The translations under genes and the position numbers were made by a program. DNA of 64,000 nucleotides from a virus. Shown here in pieces: positions 17,179 through 25,165 of this stretch. The stretch spans positions 10,322 through 74,321 of the IMG/VR virus record IMGVR_UViG_3300047557_002984. One strand, given 5' to 3'. The notes below the pieces were generated by a model. That model saw only the letters and a program-made list of their open reading frames with translations. It was not told the DNA's origin and did no database searches. Within the stretch, counting starts at the first letter, position 1. Every line of letters begins with the position of its first letter.

Positions 17179-18045
17179 CTAATTTTTTGGGCCGACGGTA
17201 AAGTTTTGGCCGGGCGTGGTCTGGTTGCTCGGTTGCGGTGCTGGCGTGGCGAAACCAAGCGGTTGCGGGCGCTGTGGCGCTTGCGGGACGGGCTGAACTT
17301 CCTCCACGTCCGGCGTCCCGTTGTCGTCCCTGTCTACGTGCGGCTGTGCGGCACGAGCAAAGGCCATCGTGATTGCCAGCACCAGCGCAGCCAGGGAAGG
17401 CAAAAGCGCGTACATGCCGCCGTTGACGTACCAGTCAGGCAGGAAGGTGGACGGCTTTGTTTTTTCCGCCGTCTCCTTCAGAGATTCTTGCCCGCTCTGC
17501 ACAATGGTTTCGCCGATCTCCTTGCCTTGTCCCAAAGCACGCCGGGCGGTGTTGTGCTGCCCAACGCCGTTCAGCTTTTGCGCGACCTCGCCTGACGACG
17601 TAACCGCAGCCGTAACGCCCGCGCTTACAATCGCCGCTTGGCCCTCAGATACGCTTTTGAGCATCTGAACGCGCTCTTTGCTGGATGACTCATACTTCAG
17701 CACGGCCCCGGAATGTACGACCTCTGCAATCAGCAGCAGCCAGGACATCCAGAAGCACCAGTTGACCAGCCGGACAACCGTGGGGTGTGATCTGTGGACA
17801 CGGCGCGCGCCAATATCGTCCACGAACAATTCCCAGCAGGTCAGGATAAGCGCGACAGCGGGCAAGAGCAGAAGACCAGCCTTAGCCAAAAAGCCATAGG
17901 TGCCCTCTCCCATCACGCTTTCAATATGCGACCAAAGCACCGACGTGGTAGCCACGAGTGCCAGCGTGAAAAACGCAAACGTTGCAATCACGCGCTGATT
18001 GCGAAACGTCGTCACGCGATTCGGATTTTCAGATTGATTCACCAT
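17179..18045 (-). CDS. multi-pass membrane protein
   Basis: About four TM helices; DRDDNGTPD acidic loop; Pro/Gln tail. Confidence 0.75.
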   Translation of the reverse strand: MVNQSENPNRVTTFRNQRVIATFAFFTLALVATTSVLWSHIESVMGEGTYGFLAKAGLLLLPAVALILTCWELFVDDIGARRVHRSHPTVVRLVNWCFWMSWLLLIAEVVHSGAVLKYESSSKERVQMLKSVSEGQAAIVSAGVTAAVTSSGEVAQKLNGVGQHNTARRALGQGKEIGETIVQSGQESLKETAEKTKPSTFLPDWYVNGGMYALLPSLAALVLAITMAFARAAQPHVDRDDNGTPDVEEVQPVPQAPQRPQPLGFATPAPQPSNQTTPGQNFTVGPKN

Positions 18046-18113
18046 TCACCTCGAAGTTGAGGCGATGAAGGCGGGCCGTTGCGGAAGATGTTGCGGGTCG
18101 GATACAATGAAAT

Positions 18114-18189
18114 CCGCTGCAAAGCTGCGCTCCATCGCAGTTTATGGCTCCCGATAGCGCCTTGTAATCACTATCGGGAGCCGCAGCGG
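18114..18189 (+). ncRNA. putative C4-like antisense RNA
   Basis: CCGCTGC/GCAGCGG closing stem around two hairpins (one a perfect 12-bp stem), 5 nt after TTGCGG-N18-TACAAT. Confidence 0.45.
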
Positions 18190-18256
18190 TGATGATACAC
18201 CTTTTGCCAAATTCCCGAAAGATGCAAAAGGCCAGCCGAAGCCAGCCTTTCCATTC

Positions 18257-18487
18257 TCACTTTTTCTTTTTCTTCGGTTTCGGCCCTGAACCGGGCCGCG
18301 CCCCGCCGCGCTGTCTCGGTGGCAGGTCGAGCGCAAGGCGCACGATGTTCTGGTTGGTCAGCGCCGCGAAGGCGACATCATCCAGATCGGGCGCGTTTGC
18401 GCGTGCGCGCGGGCAGATGATGTCGCGCCATTCGGCGGCGGTGAAGCGGAGCTTCTCCACGATGATGGATTCTTTTAATGTTCCCAT
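18257..18487 (-). CDS. small DNA-binding protein with RGGARPGSG tail (Aca-like candidate)
   Basis: Beta-alpha-alpha-like N-terminus; RGGARPGSGPKPKKKKK; directly after the ring nuclease. Confidence 0.6.
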   Translation of the reverse strand: MGTLKESIIVEKLRFTAAEWRDIICPRARANAPDLDDVAFAALTNQNIVRLALDLPPRQRGGARPGSGPKPKKKKK

Positions 18488-18491
18488 TTGC

Positions 18492-19013
18492 TTAAATCAC
18501 AGCCACCCGCTCAATCCCCTTGGCGGTAAAGGTAAATTCCTCGCCGCCCGCAACCTGAACCTCTTTCCCTCCATCAGACGCGAAGCCAAGCAAGGGCTCT
18601 TGGCTTAACCTAGTATCAAGCAGGACAGGGCAACCATCTGCAAGATTTCGCGGCATATCTTGCGGCTTCCACCATCGAAGCGAAAACAGGTTGAATGTGA
18701 TGAGCGCGCCAAAGGTAAATCCAATGGCGTGGCACTCTTCTGCTGTTAGAATTTTGCCTTCGGGCGGTCGCCCGTTGAGCTTGAAGACAATCGCCACATC
18801 TCCAAGCCGCTGCTTATATTGAATGCGATTTACCGGAACATCTTGCCCTAGCAACTCAGAGAGAATCTGCGCTGTGGCATCGTGGCCGATGGCCGATGTC
18901 ACCGTGGCGCTTGGCTGATTTACCAGCCACTGCGCTTGTTGCAATGTCAGCGGGGCATAAACGGACGCCCCGTGCGTTGTCAGGATTGACGTGTTCAGTA
19001 ATGCGATGTTCAT
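18492..19013 (-). CDS. acrIII-1: DUF1874/YddF family viral ring nuclease (anti-CRISPR AcrIII-1) with C-terminal extension
   Basis: LLNTSILT, SAIGHDATAQILSELLG, PVNRI, GD.AIVFKLNGRPPEGKILT match the family including the GH motif. Confidence 0.88.
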   Translation of the reverse strand: MNIALLNTSILTTHGASVYAPLTLQQAQWLVNQPSATVTSAIGHDATAQILSELLGQDVPVNRIQYKQRLGDVAIVFKLNGRPPEGKILTAEECHAIGFTFGALITFNLFSLRWWKPQDMPRNLADGCPVLLDTRLSQEPLLGFASDGGKEVQVAGGEEFTFTAKGIERVAVI

Positions 19014-19051
19014 GATTCTCCTTTACTTCGCAGTATTACTTATGGGTTAAG

Positions 19052-19270
19052 TTACGCAGCAGGTGCTTTCTCTAAGCGCCAGACATTTCCGGGCACTTGC
19101 TGTCCGACCATGTCGGCGAGTAAAGCGGTGGCGTACACTACTGCTTCTTTTTGCCATTTACCACTAATGTTTAGAAATTCGCCTGTTTGAATGTTAACAA
19201 CGCAAAAGCCCTGCTTTTGCGTTTCTGGCACGTTCGTTAATGCGCCCCGACTCAGTTCGTCGTGATACAT
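19052..19270 (-). CDS. small protein upstream of AcrIII-1
   Basis: AAGGAG RBS; first gene after promoter. Confidence 0.7.
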   Translation of the reverse strand: MYHDELSRGALTNVPETQKQGFCVVNIQTGEFLNISGKWQKEAVVYATALLADMVGQQVPGNVWRLEKAPAA

Positions 19271-19341
19271 ACATTTCTCCTTGTTTTTTTACTGCGTCCT
19301 TGTTTCTCTCCGGCGACCCCATGCCGCCTTCGATGGTTTGC

Positions 19342-19369
19342 ATTATATTCAAAGTCGAACTTGAATCAA
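19342..19369 (-). promoter_or_regulatory. acr-operon promoter with inverted repeat
   Basis: TTGATT-N16-TATAAT; ATTCAA-N8-TTGAAT at 19347-19366. Confidence 0.75.
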
Positions 19370-19388
19370 GGGAAAAATGCGATTGCGC

Positions 19389-19422
19389 AAAAAAAAAAGA
19401 GCCAGCCCGAAGACTGGCCCTT
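19389..19422 (-). terminator. terminator after dnaN
   Basis: GGGCCAGTC-TTCG-GGCTGGCTC followed by a long T run. Confidence 0.8.
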
Positions 19423-19443
19423 GCACACCACCGCGCACCATCA

Positions 19444-20535
19444 TCACACCCGCATCGGCATCACCACTTGCCGCTGGCTCGGTTGCGCCCCTGCATCCGG
19501 CGCGCACAATTCAACCCGTGATCTCGCATCTTTCATCCGCAGAACCACATCGCCAGGGAAGCAGCCGAGCGCATCCAGAAAATATGTGGAATTGACCGCC
19601 AGCGCAATGTCCGGCCCAACATAAGCAACCGGCATTTCATCTGCACACTCGCCCGCGTCACTGGCTGCACTGATCGCTACGCGCCCATCGCTGAAATCCA
19701 GCTTGACCGTGCGGCTGCGTTCATCTGCCATCAGGCCCGCGCGGCGAATTGCAGCGGCAAGGTCTGCGGCGGCCATTGTGGCGTGGTGGTTGTTGTCTTT
19801 CGGCAAGACCAGTTCATAGTTCGGGAATTGCCCCGACAGCAACCGCGAGACAAGCAGGCGCTCTCCGGCGCGCACGAATAGCTGATTCTCGCTCACGGCA
19901 AGCTCAACGTTGCCGCCAATTAGGCGCTGCATTTCGCTCAACGCCTTGCGCGGGATGAGTACATCTAGCTTCGCATCGCCCGCACCCGGCAGCGGTTCTT
20001 CCGTGAACGCCAACCGGTGCCCATCGGTGGCCACCAAGCGCAGCACGCCGCCTGCGATTTCCATCTTGGCCCCGTTGAGCGTATAGCGGCTTTCTTCCAG
20101 CGTAATGGCAAACGCCACGCGCTCAATTTGCCGCGCCAATTGCGAACCTGGGATTGGCAAAAACTCGCCCGCCGGTTTGGCCACATCGGGGAAGTTCTCA
20201 GCAGCGAGGCTCAGCAGCTTAAACCGACTGCGGCCATACGTAACTTGGATGTGTTCGCCCGGATCGCCGCTAAACGTGATCTCTCCATCTGGCGCGTTCC
20301 TCACGACCTCACTGAGTTTCTTCGCGCTCAGGCAGCACGCGCCAGACACGTCCACGGCTGCCGCGCATAATGTTTGCAGCGTCACGTCCAGGTCGGTGCC
20401 GGTGATGCGTAACCATCCATCTTTCGCATCCAACAGCACGTTGGACAGAATTGGGATCGTGGGTTTGCGCTCCGTCACCCCTACCACAAGGGCAAGCTCT
20501 GCGAACAGAGCGGCTTTGCTAATGTTGAATTTCAA
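19444..20535 (-). CDS. dnaN: DNA polymerase III beta sliding clamp
   Basis: TIPILSNVLL, GTDLD, ESRYTLNG, VATDGHRL, GQFPNYE, VVMPMR; AAGGAGG before TTG. Confidence 0.95.
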   Translation of the reverse strand: MKFNISKAALFAELALVVGVTERKPTIPILSNVLLDAKDGWLRITGTDLDVTLQTLCAAAVDVSGACCLSAKKLSEVVRNAPDGEITFSGDPGEHIQVTYGRSRFKLLSLAAENFPDVAKPAGEFLPIPGSQLARQIERVAFAITLEESRYTLNGAKMEIAGGVLRLVATDGHRLAFTEEPLPGAGDAKLDVLIPRKALSEMQRLIGGNVELAVSENQLFVRAGERLLVSRLLSGQFPNYELVLPKDNNHHATMAAADLAAAIRRAGLMADERSRTVKLDFSDGRVAISAASDAGECADEMPVAYVGPDIALAVNSTYFLDALGCFPGDVVLRMKDARSRVELCAPDAGAQPSQRQVVMPMRV

Positions 20536-20699
20536 TCCGCCTCCTTCAGTGCCGCATCTGCAAATTGCATGCGGCAATCGCTACACGTTAATCGGTGCGT
20601 TTCCAGCCAGACTTGCCACGCGAGCGTGTTCGGTTTTGGCCAGATACGCGTTGAATTGCACCAGGGGCACGCGAAATAAAAGTTTTCAGGATTGGCCAT
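20532..20699 (-). CDS. 55-aa zinc-ribbon protein
   Basis: MANPENFYFACPWCNS...CSDC; coupled to dnaN; below track cutoff. Confidence 0.55.
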   Translation of the reverse strand: MANPENFYFACPWCNSTRIWPKPNTLAWQVWLETHRLTCSDCRMQFADAALKEAD

Positions 20700-20940
20700 T
20701 ACTTACCAGCCTTTGACACCGTTTACACATCGCCACGCCCGCGCGTTCTGCCGTCGCCACGCTTGCGCCCTTGGCCCGCCGTCGCACGCCGCACAGCATT
20801 TGCCGCTTGGCCGCATCCGCGCACCAGTGCGCTTTGCTGTGGTCATTGCCACGGTGCCGGGTGGCGTAATACCACCAGCACCAGCCGACGGCGCACGGGG
20901 CAAGCGGGGCAACAGGGAATAGCTCAAGCTGTGGCGTCAT
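20686..20940 (-). CDS. small His/Cys protein
   Basis: KAH...LCG...CKRC. Confidence 0.55.
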   Translation of the reverse strand: MTPQLELFPVAPLAPCAVGWCWWYYATRHRGNDHSKAHWCADAAKRQMLCGVRRRAKGASVATAERAGVAMCKRCQRLVSNGQS

Positions 20941-21352
20941 TAAACTCTCGCTCTTTCCAGCCGCCGCCCTCTTTCTTGGGCAATCGCTGAATTGCCACAA
21001 AGCGGAACGGGAACAAGGTGGCCGCGACTTTGATCTTGATCAACGCATCTTCTTGCCAGAAGCCTTTGACCTCTCTGCACTCGATCTCACCACTCGCCAA
21101 CTGCACCACGAAATCGGGCGTGTAGCGGCAGTCATCCGCCAACTTGAGCGTGAGCCGCTCAAACCAATAATCCGCGATCTCACCCGCCAGCTTAAGCGGC
21201 TCCAAGACCTCACGCGCATACGCCGCTTCTAACCCGTTCATCTGTCCGGGCGTGTGTCGTCCTCGGCTTGCGCGGGCAACTGGACGCCTGCCGTTTTGTC
21301 GGAATTGCTTATAGTTGATTCTTGCGGTTTCTTGATTCTCCATATGCTCCAA
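20924..21352 (-). CDS. PD-(D/E)XK endonuclease (DUF1064-like)
   Basis: MNGLEAAY, YTPDF, EVKGFW. Confidence 0.8.
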   Translation of the reverse strand: MEHMENQETARINYKQFRQNGRRPVARASRGRHTPGQMNGLEAAYAREVLEPLKLAGEIADYWFERLTLKLADDCRYTPDFVVQLASGEIECREVKGFWQEDALIKIKVAATLFPFRFVAIQRLPKKEGGGWKEREFNDATA

Positions 21353-21543
21353 ACCTCCTGCTTACCTTCAATCCGATGCGAAAGCTTGTATTGCCCTCGC
21401 TCTAGTTTTAGCTTGCTGATTTTCGCGTCAGCGGCTTCCCGCGTCAGTCCTTCGTGCTGGCGCGTCCATCCCAATTCCACCCACGCGGCAAGCATCAATT
21501 CGCCGCGCGTTGGGCCTTCAAATTTCAAGTGCTGCGCTCTCAT
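21238..21543 (-). CDS. hypothetical protein
   Basis: GGAGG RBS, ATGA overlap. Confidence 0.45.
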   Translation of the reverse strand: MRAQHLKFEGPTRGELMLAAWVELGWTRQHEGLTREAADAKISKLKLERGQYKLSHRIEGKQEVWSIWRIKKPQESTISNSDKTAGVQLPAQAEDDTRPDR

Positions 21544-22166
21544 TGCTGGCTGCCTCCATTCCATCGCGGCCAAGTCACACCAATGCGCTGCGCGAAGTCT
21601 TCCGCTTGCACCGGGCCAACAAAGCTCAGGCTTTGCACGTTGAATCGATCCCGCAACGCCAGCTTGACCGCTTCCGTGGTAGCCGTCGGTTCAAGCTGCA
21701 ATTTCGCCAGCAACTCCGGGTTGTGCTGGATTTGGCATTGTCCGAAAAGATGCTGCCAGTATGCGCCGTGCGGGCCGCGCTCTTTTTTGGCTTTTTCCGC
21801 CAATGCGCCATCGCCCTCCATCAGGATTTCCAAGCGCAACGCCCGGTCGTCGTAGCCGATCAGCTTGGCCGCGTTGAAGATTTCCGTTTCCGGCACATCA
21901 AACTTCACCTTGGCGCGCTCACGCGTGAAGACCAAGCTTGAGTTGATTTGCGCCAGGGCTGCACCAAATTCCGCAACGGGCTCCGCAGTATCCGCCGCAA
22001 CGTAAAAACGCAGCCTGAGCCGTTTTTGCTTCAGCGCGAGCAGTGCCATCGCCGCGCCTCGGTCGGCATTGGTTGGCTTTGACCAGATTTCGATGCGCGC
22101 CGCATCGCCAAATTGTAACGCGTGCGCGGTCGGGGCAACCTCTGCCCAGAAAATCACGGATGTCAT
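21540..22166 (-). CDS. hypothetical protein
   Basis: AAGGAGG RBS, 208 aa. Confidence 0.75.
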   Translation of the reverse strand: MTSVIFWAEVAPTAHALQFGDAARIEIWSKPTNADRGAAMALLALKQKRLRLRFYVAADTAEPVAEFGAALAQINSSLVFTRERAKVKFDVPETEIFNAAKLIGYDDRALRLEILMEGDGALAEKAKKERGPHGAYWQHLFGQCQIQHNPELLAKLQLEPTATTEAVKLALRDRFNVQSLSFVGPVQAEDFAQRIGVTWPRWNGGSQQ

Positions 22167-23201
22167 TTACGCCGCCTCCTTCAGTCTCGGCATTTCGTTC
22201 CATTCGACGCCATCAAGCAGGCGGCCAGCGGCCTTCTTGCCGACGCGGTACATCACTTGGCCAAGGATATTTTCGTATTTGCTGTAGGTGCCTTCGTGGA
22301 ACTTCCACGTTCCGTTTTCATCAAAGATGCCGCGCTTGTAGTCGCTATCGTAATAACTCAGGATCGGCTCTCGCTTCATTACCGGATGCTCAGCCGGAAC
22401 CCATTCCCCGTTTTGCTTGAAGAAAAACGGCACACCCGCCGCTTGGCACTGATCGCGTAAACTTCGCGCCCAATCCGGGTGCATTGGACGCGCGCCGGGG
22501 CCAGACTCGCCGCCAACGATCACCCAATCAACGCGAGACGTATTTGCGCCTTCGGGATAGTTTTCATTTGCAGGCTTCCACCCGTGGAGCACGTCCCATC
22601 GCTCAGGCCCAACTTTGGTTAAATTTACCGGCCCTAGCAGCGGCTCGCACGACAAGAAGCGAACACGCGCCGGAACCTTCAGCAAGTCAGGAATGCGCTT
22701 GTCGACCTGCTCTTGGTTCTCCACGGTTGTGCCGAGCCACACATTCTCCGGCGGCTCACCCCAGCCATCCCACGTCGGCGGGTACAACCTTTTCAAGTTC
22801 TCAGGCCGCTTTGTCAGCAGGAGCCAGTCCAAATGCGGCGTGTCATCGATCAGGCGAAAAAGCCTCTGACGTGGCGAGCGGAGTTCGGGTCGATCCTCAA
22901 ACACGTCGGCCAGAGATGCGCAAAACACGCGCCGACGCTCGCCCGCCTTGGCTGCCGCCTGATTCCACGCGAGGGGTTGCCGCCAACCACGCTCACTAGC
23001 AACCTGCCTCTCCGCATTCGCGCCCCAGAGTTCACGCCCCACAGCGCGCGCAATGCGCACGGGTGGCTGATGCTCGGCATAACAATGAGCACAAGCCGCC
23101 GATACCTTGGCGCAACCAATCCACGGATTAAAAGTGTAGCCAGGCACCCAAGTTCCATCTGGTTGTTGATATGAAGTCCATTCAATTTTTGTTAATCCCA
23201 T
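22167..23201 (-). CDS. phage Gp37/Gp68 (DUF5131) family protein
   Basis: TKIEW, FNPWIGCAKVSAACAHCYA, VFCASLADVF, LLTKRP, NVWLGT, FLSCEPLL, WVIVGGESG, PFFFKQ. Confidence 0.92.
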   Translation of the reverse strand: MGLTKIEWTSYQQPDGTWVPGYTFNPWIGCAKVSAACAHCYAEHQPPVRIARAVGRELWGANAERQVASERGWRQPLAWNQAAAKAGERRRVFCASLADVFEDRPELRSPRQRLFRLIDDTPHLDWLLLTKRPENLKRLYPPTWDGWGEPPENVWLGTTVENQEQVDKRIPDLLKVPARVRFLSCEPLLGPVNLTKVGPERWDVLHGWKPANENYPEGANTSRVDWVIVGGESGPGARPMHPDWARSLRDQCQAAGVPFFFKQNGEWVPAEHPVMKREPILSYYDSDYKRGIFDENGTWKFHEGTYSKYENILGQVMYRVGKKAAGRLLDGVEWNEMPRLKEAA

Positions 23202-23745
23202 GTCACCGCTCCTATGTTATAATTTCGTGGTACGAATTAACCTTCAGCTAGCACGTAAATCTTTATGGCTCAAACAAAGGGGGAGGCCATCCGCTTTCAA
23301 AGGACGATCTCACACAATAGAAGCCAAGCTTCAGATGAGCGCAGCGGCAAAATTGAGGGGATCGAATCGCACCGGCAAGCCTCACACTGCCGAAACGAAA
23401 GCGCGATTGAGTCAGATCACGCGAGAGCGTGGCGCAAGAGGCGAGAACCACTACGCCTATAAACACGGCCAACACCAACGCAATCTGAGCGAGCGTCGAA
23501 CAATTGAATACGCCAACTGGCGCGCCGCCGTTTTTAGCCGAGACTCTTACACCTGCCAGCATTGCGGCGACAGCAAGGGCGGCAACCTGAATGCACATCA
23601 CATAAAAACTTTTGCTGATTTCCCAGAGCTTCGCTACGAACTTAGCAACGGCATTACGCTTTGCCAGGACTGCCATGAGAAAGTTCATCTGAAGCCAATT
23701 CCCAAAGCGAAGTGTCGTCGAAAAAAACACGCGCTGCCTACTTGA
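23200..23745 (+). CDS. NUMOD3-type HNH homing endonuclease (start uncertain)
   Basis: GRSHT/GKPHTAETK repeats; WRAAVFSRDSYTCQHC, AHHIK, NGITLCQDCH. Confidence 0.85.
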   Translation: MSPLLCYNFVVRINLQLARKSLWLKQRGRPSAFKGRSHTIEAKLQMSAAAKLRGSNRTGKPHTAETKARLSQITRERGARGENHYAYKHGQHQRNLSERRTIEYANWRAAVFSRDSYTCQHCGDSKGGNLNAHHIKTFADFPELRYELSNGITLCQDCHEKVHLKPIPKAKCRRKKHALPT

Positions 23746-23784
23746 CGTGTGATGCGCCCACTCGATTTTTGTATTTTCGCCCAT
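23746..23784 (-). pseudogene. orphaned N-terminus of a Gp37/Gp68 gene
   Basis: GGAGG RBS plus MGENTKIEWAHHT, abutting the HNH stop codon. Confidence 0.7.
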
Positions 23785-23986
23785 CTCACTTCCTCCAAAA
23801 TTCAATTTTTCCGCCGTGGCGCATTCGTAAGATTCGCAATCCGGCCTGCGATTGCCCGACGTGCGCACGCCGGTTGCTCTTCCCAAGAGAACTGATTTAT
23901 AGAGTGGCTCAGTCTAGGCGAGTAAGTGATTGCCAGATTTTGATTTCTCTATATACAGTCCAAAGAACATCACGGCGGGTAAATCC

Positions 23987-24889
23987 CTAAAACTCCTGAC
24001 AGGCGCGCATAATCGCCCGCCCGATAACTTCCGCAACTTGCGGCACGATGGCGTTGCCGAGCGCCTTCAAAGAGGCCACTCGATGCCGTCGAGCCAGTCG
24101 CTCGGAAAGCCCTGCAGCTGACTCACCCACCGGTAATTTAACAATGCGCGGCTGCTCCCATTCGTATTGAGGCTGTCCGGGTCGGGCTGGCCATTGATAA
24201 CCACCGAAGCCGGAAGACAAGGCGACTTCCGCGCCTGCGCTGCGGGTTCCGTTCCGCTGTCTTTCCAGTCTCGCGTTGAGGGCGTCGGCCACAGCCGCGC
24301 AATTTGCGTTTCCAGATTCGGAAACCTGTTTGCCGCGTTCGCTATCGCATCGTCGGTTATTCCCGCTGCCATCGCGGAGCAATTTCGCGGAGTAGCCCAC
24401 GAAGAAAATTCGCTCTCTTCGCTGCGATGCGCCAACGTCTTCAGCAGCCAACTCGACGGGGAACAATTCGTAACCTCTAGCCGCAAACTCACGCGCAATC
24501 CATTCGCTGAATTGCATTCCTTCAACGCAAAGTGAAGTGATTCCGCCAGGATTCTCCGCCAACACCCACACGGGTTTGACTTCAGACACCAAGCGCAGAA
24601 AGTCAGGCCAGAGCCAGCGATGATCGGCGGCCCCTTTTCGCTTTCCGGCGACGCTGGCGGGCTGGCAGGGAACCCCGCCGCAAAGAAGGTCAACTGTTCC
24701 GCAGTGCTGGGCGACTTGAGCGCCCGTGAGCGTTTTGACATCATTCCACCTCCAAACATCTGGCCAATGCTTTGCTAATACTTTCTGGCAAAATGGCTCA
24801 ATTTCCACCTGGCCAACGCAACGCATTCCCGCGCGCTCAAGGCCAAGATCGAAGCCACCCACCCCCGCAAAGAGAGATAAAAACCTCAT
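23987..24889 (-). CDS. DNA (cytosine-5) methyltransferase, alpha chain
   Basis: LFAGVGG, GGVPCQ, ENP, QRRERIF, LKALGNAIVP; no motif IX. Confidence 0.9.
   Translation of the reverse strand: MRFLSLFAGVGGFDLGLERAGMRCVGQVEIEPFCQKVLAKHWPDVWRWNDVKTLTGAQVAQHCGTVDLLCGGVPCQPASVAGKRKGAADHRWLWPDFLRLVSEVKPVWVLAENPGGITSLCVEGMQFSEWIAREFAARGYELFPVELAAEDVGASQRRERIFFVGYSAKLLRDGSGNNRRCDSERGKQVSESGNANCAAVADALNARLERQRNGTRSAGAEVALSSGFGGYQWPARPGQPQYEWEQPRIVKLPVGESAAGLSERLARRHRVASLKALGNAIVPQVAEVIGRAIMRACQEF
24067..24744 (-). CDS. nested alternative-frame beta chain of the C5 methyltransferase
   Basis: Internal GGAGGT RBS; WATP/WPTP repeats; LNYRWVSQLQGFPSDW is motif IX-like. Confidence 0.75.
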   Translation of the reverse strand: MMSKRSRALKSPSTAEQLTFFAAGFPASPPASPESEKGPPIIAGSGLTFCAWCLKSNPCGCWRRILAESLHFALKECNSANGLRVSLRLEVTNCSPSSWLLKTLAHRSEESEFSSWATPRNCSAMAAGITDDAIANAANRFPNLETQIARLWPTPSTRDWKDSGTEPAAQARKSPCLPASVVINGQPDPDSLNTNGSSRALLNYRWVSQLQGFPSDWLDGIEWPL

Positions 24890-24893
24890 ACGC

Positions 24894-25163
24894 CTAAAAC
24901 TCCGGTTGCCAGAACGTGCGCTCAACCGCGCGGCTGTCCGTGCCGCCATCGCCCGCGCTGGTGAATGCCGCTTGCTGCGCTTCGGTCAATTGCCGATTAC
25001 TGGTGCGCTTTTGGCCCTTCTTGGCTGCCAGCGTCGCCAGCGTGCGCGGCTGCTTGCCCATCCGTTTGCGCATCATTGTCGTGAAATTGCGCGTTTCGCG
25101 GATCGTGGCATCGAAGGCCACGAGCACAGGATCATTGCTTAAATCAAGTTTCTTTCTTGCCAT
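24894..25163 (-). CDS. hypothetical basic protein
   Basis: GGAGG RBS. Confidence 0.6.
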   Translation of the reverse strand: MARKKLDLSNDPVLVAFDATIRETRNFTTMMRKRMGKQPRTLATLAAKKGQKRTSNRQLTEAQQAAFTSAGDGGTDSRAVERTFWQPEF

Positions 25164-25165
25164 CG

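Noticed and set aside
14395-18216. Shared TGCCAAATTCCCG at about 14395 and 18204
   Set aside because: Only two copies with no consistent context; could be chance.
23263-23886. 207-aa minus-strand ORF as a real gene
   Set aside because: Apart from the 13-codon DUF5131 head it is the antisense shadow of the HNH gene.
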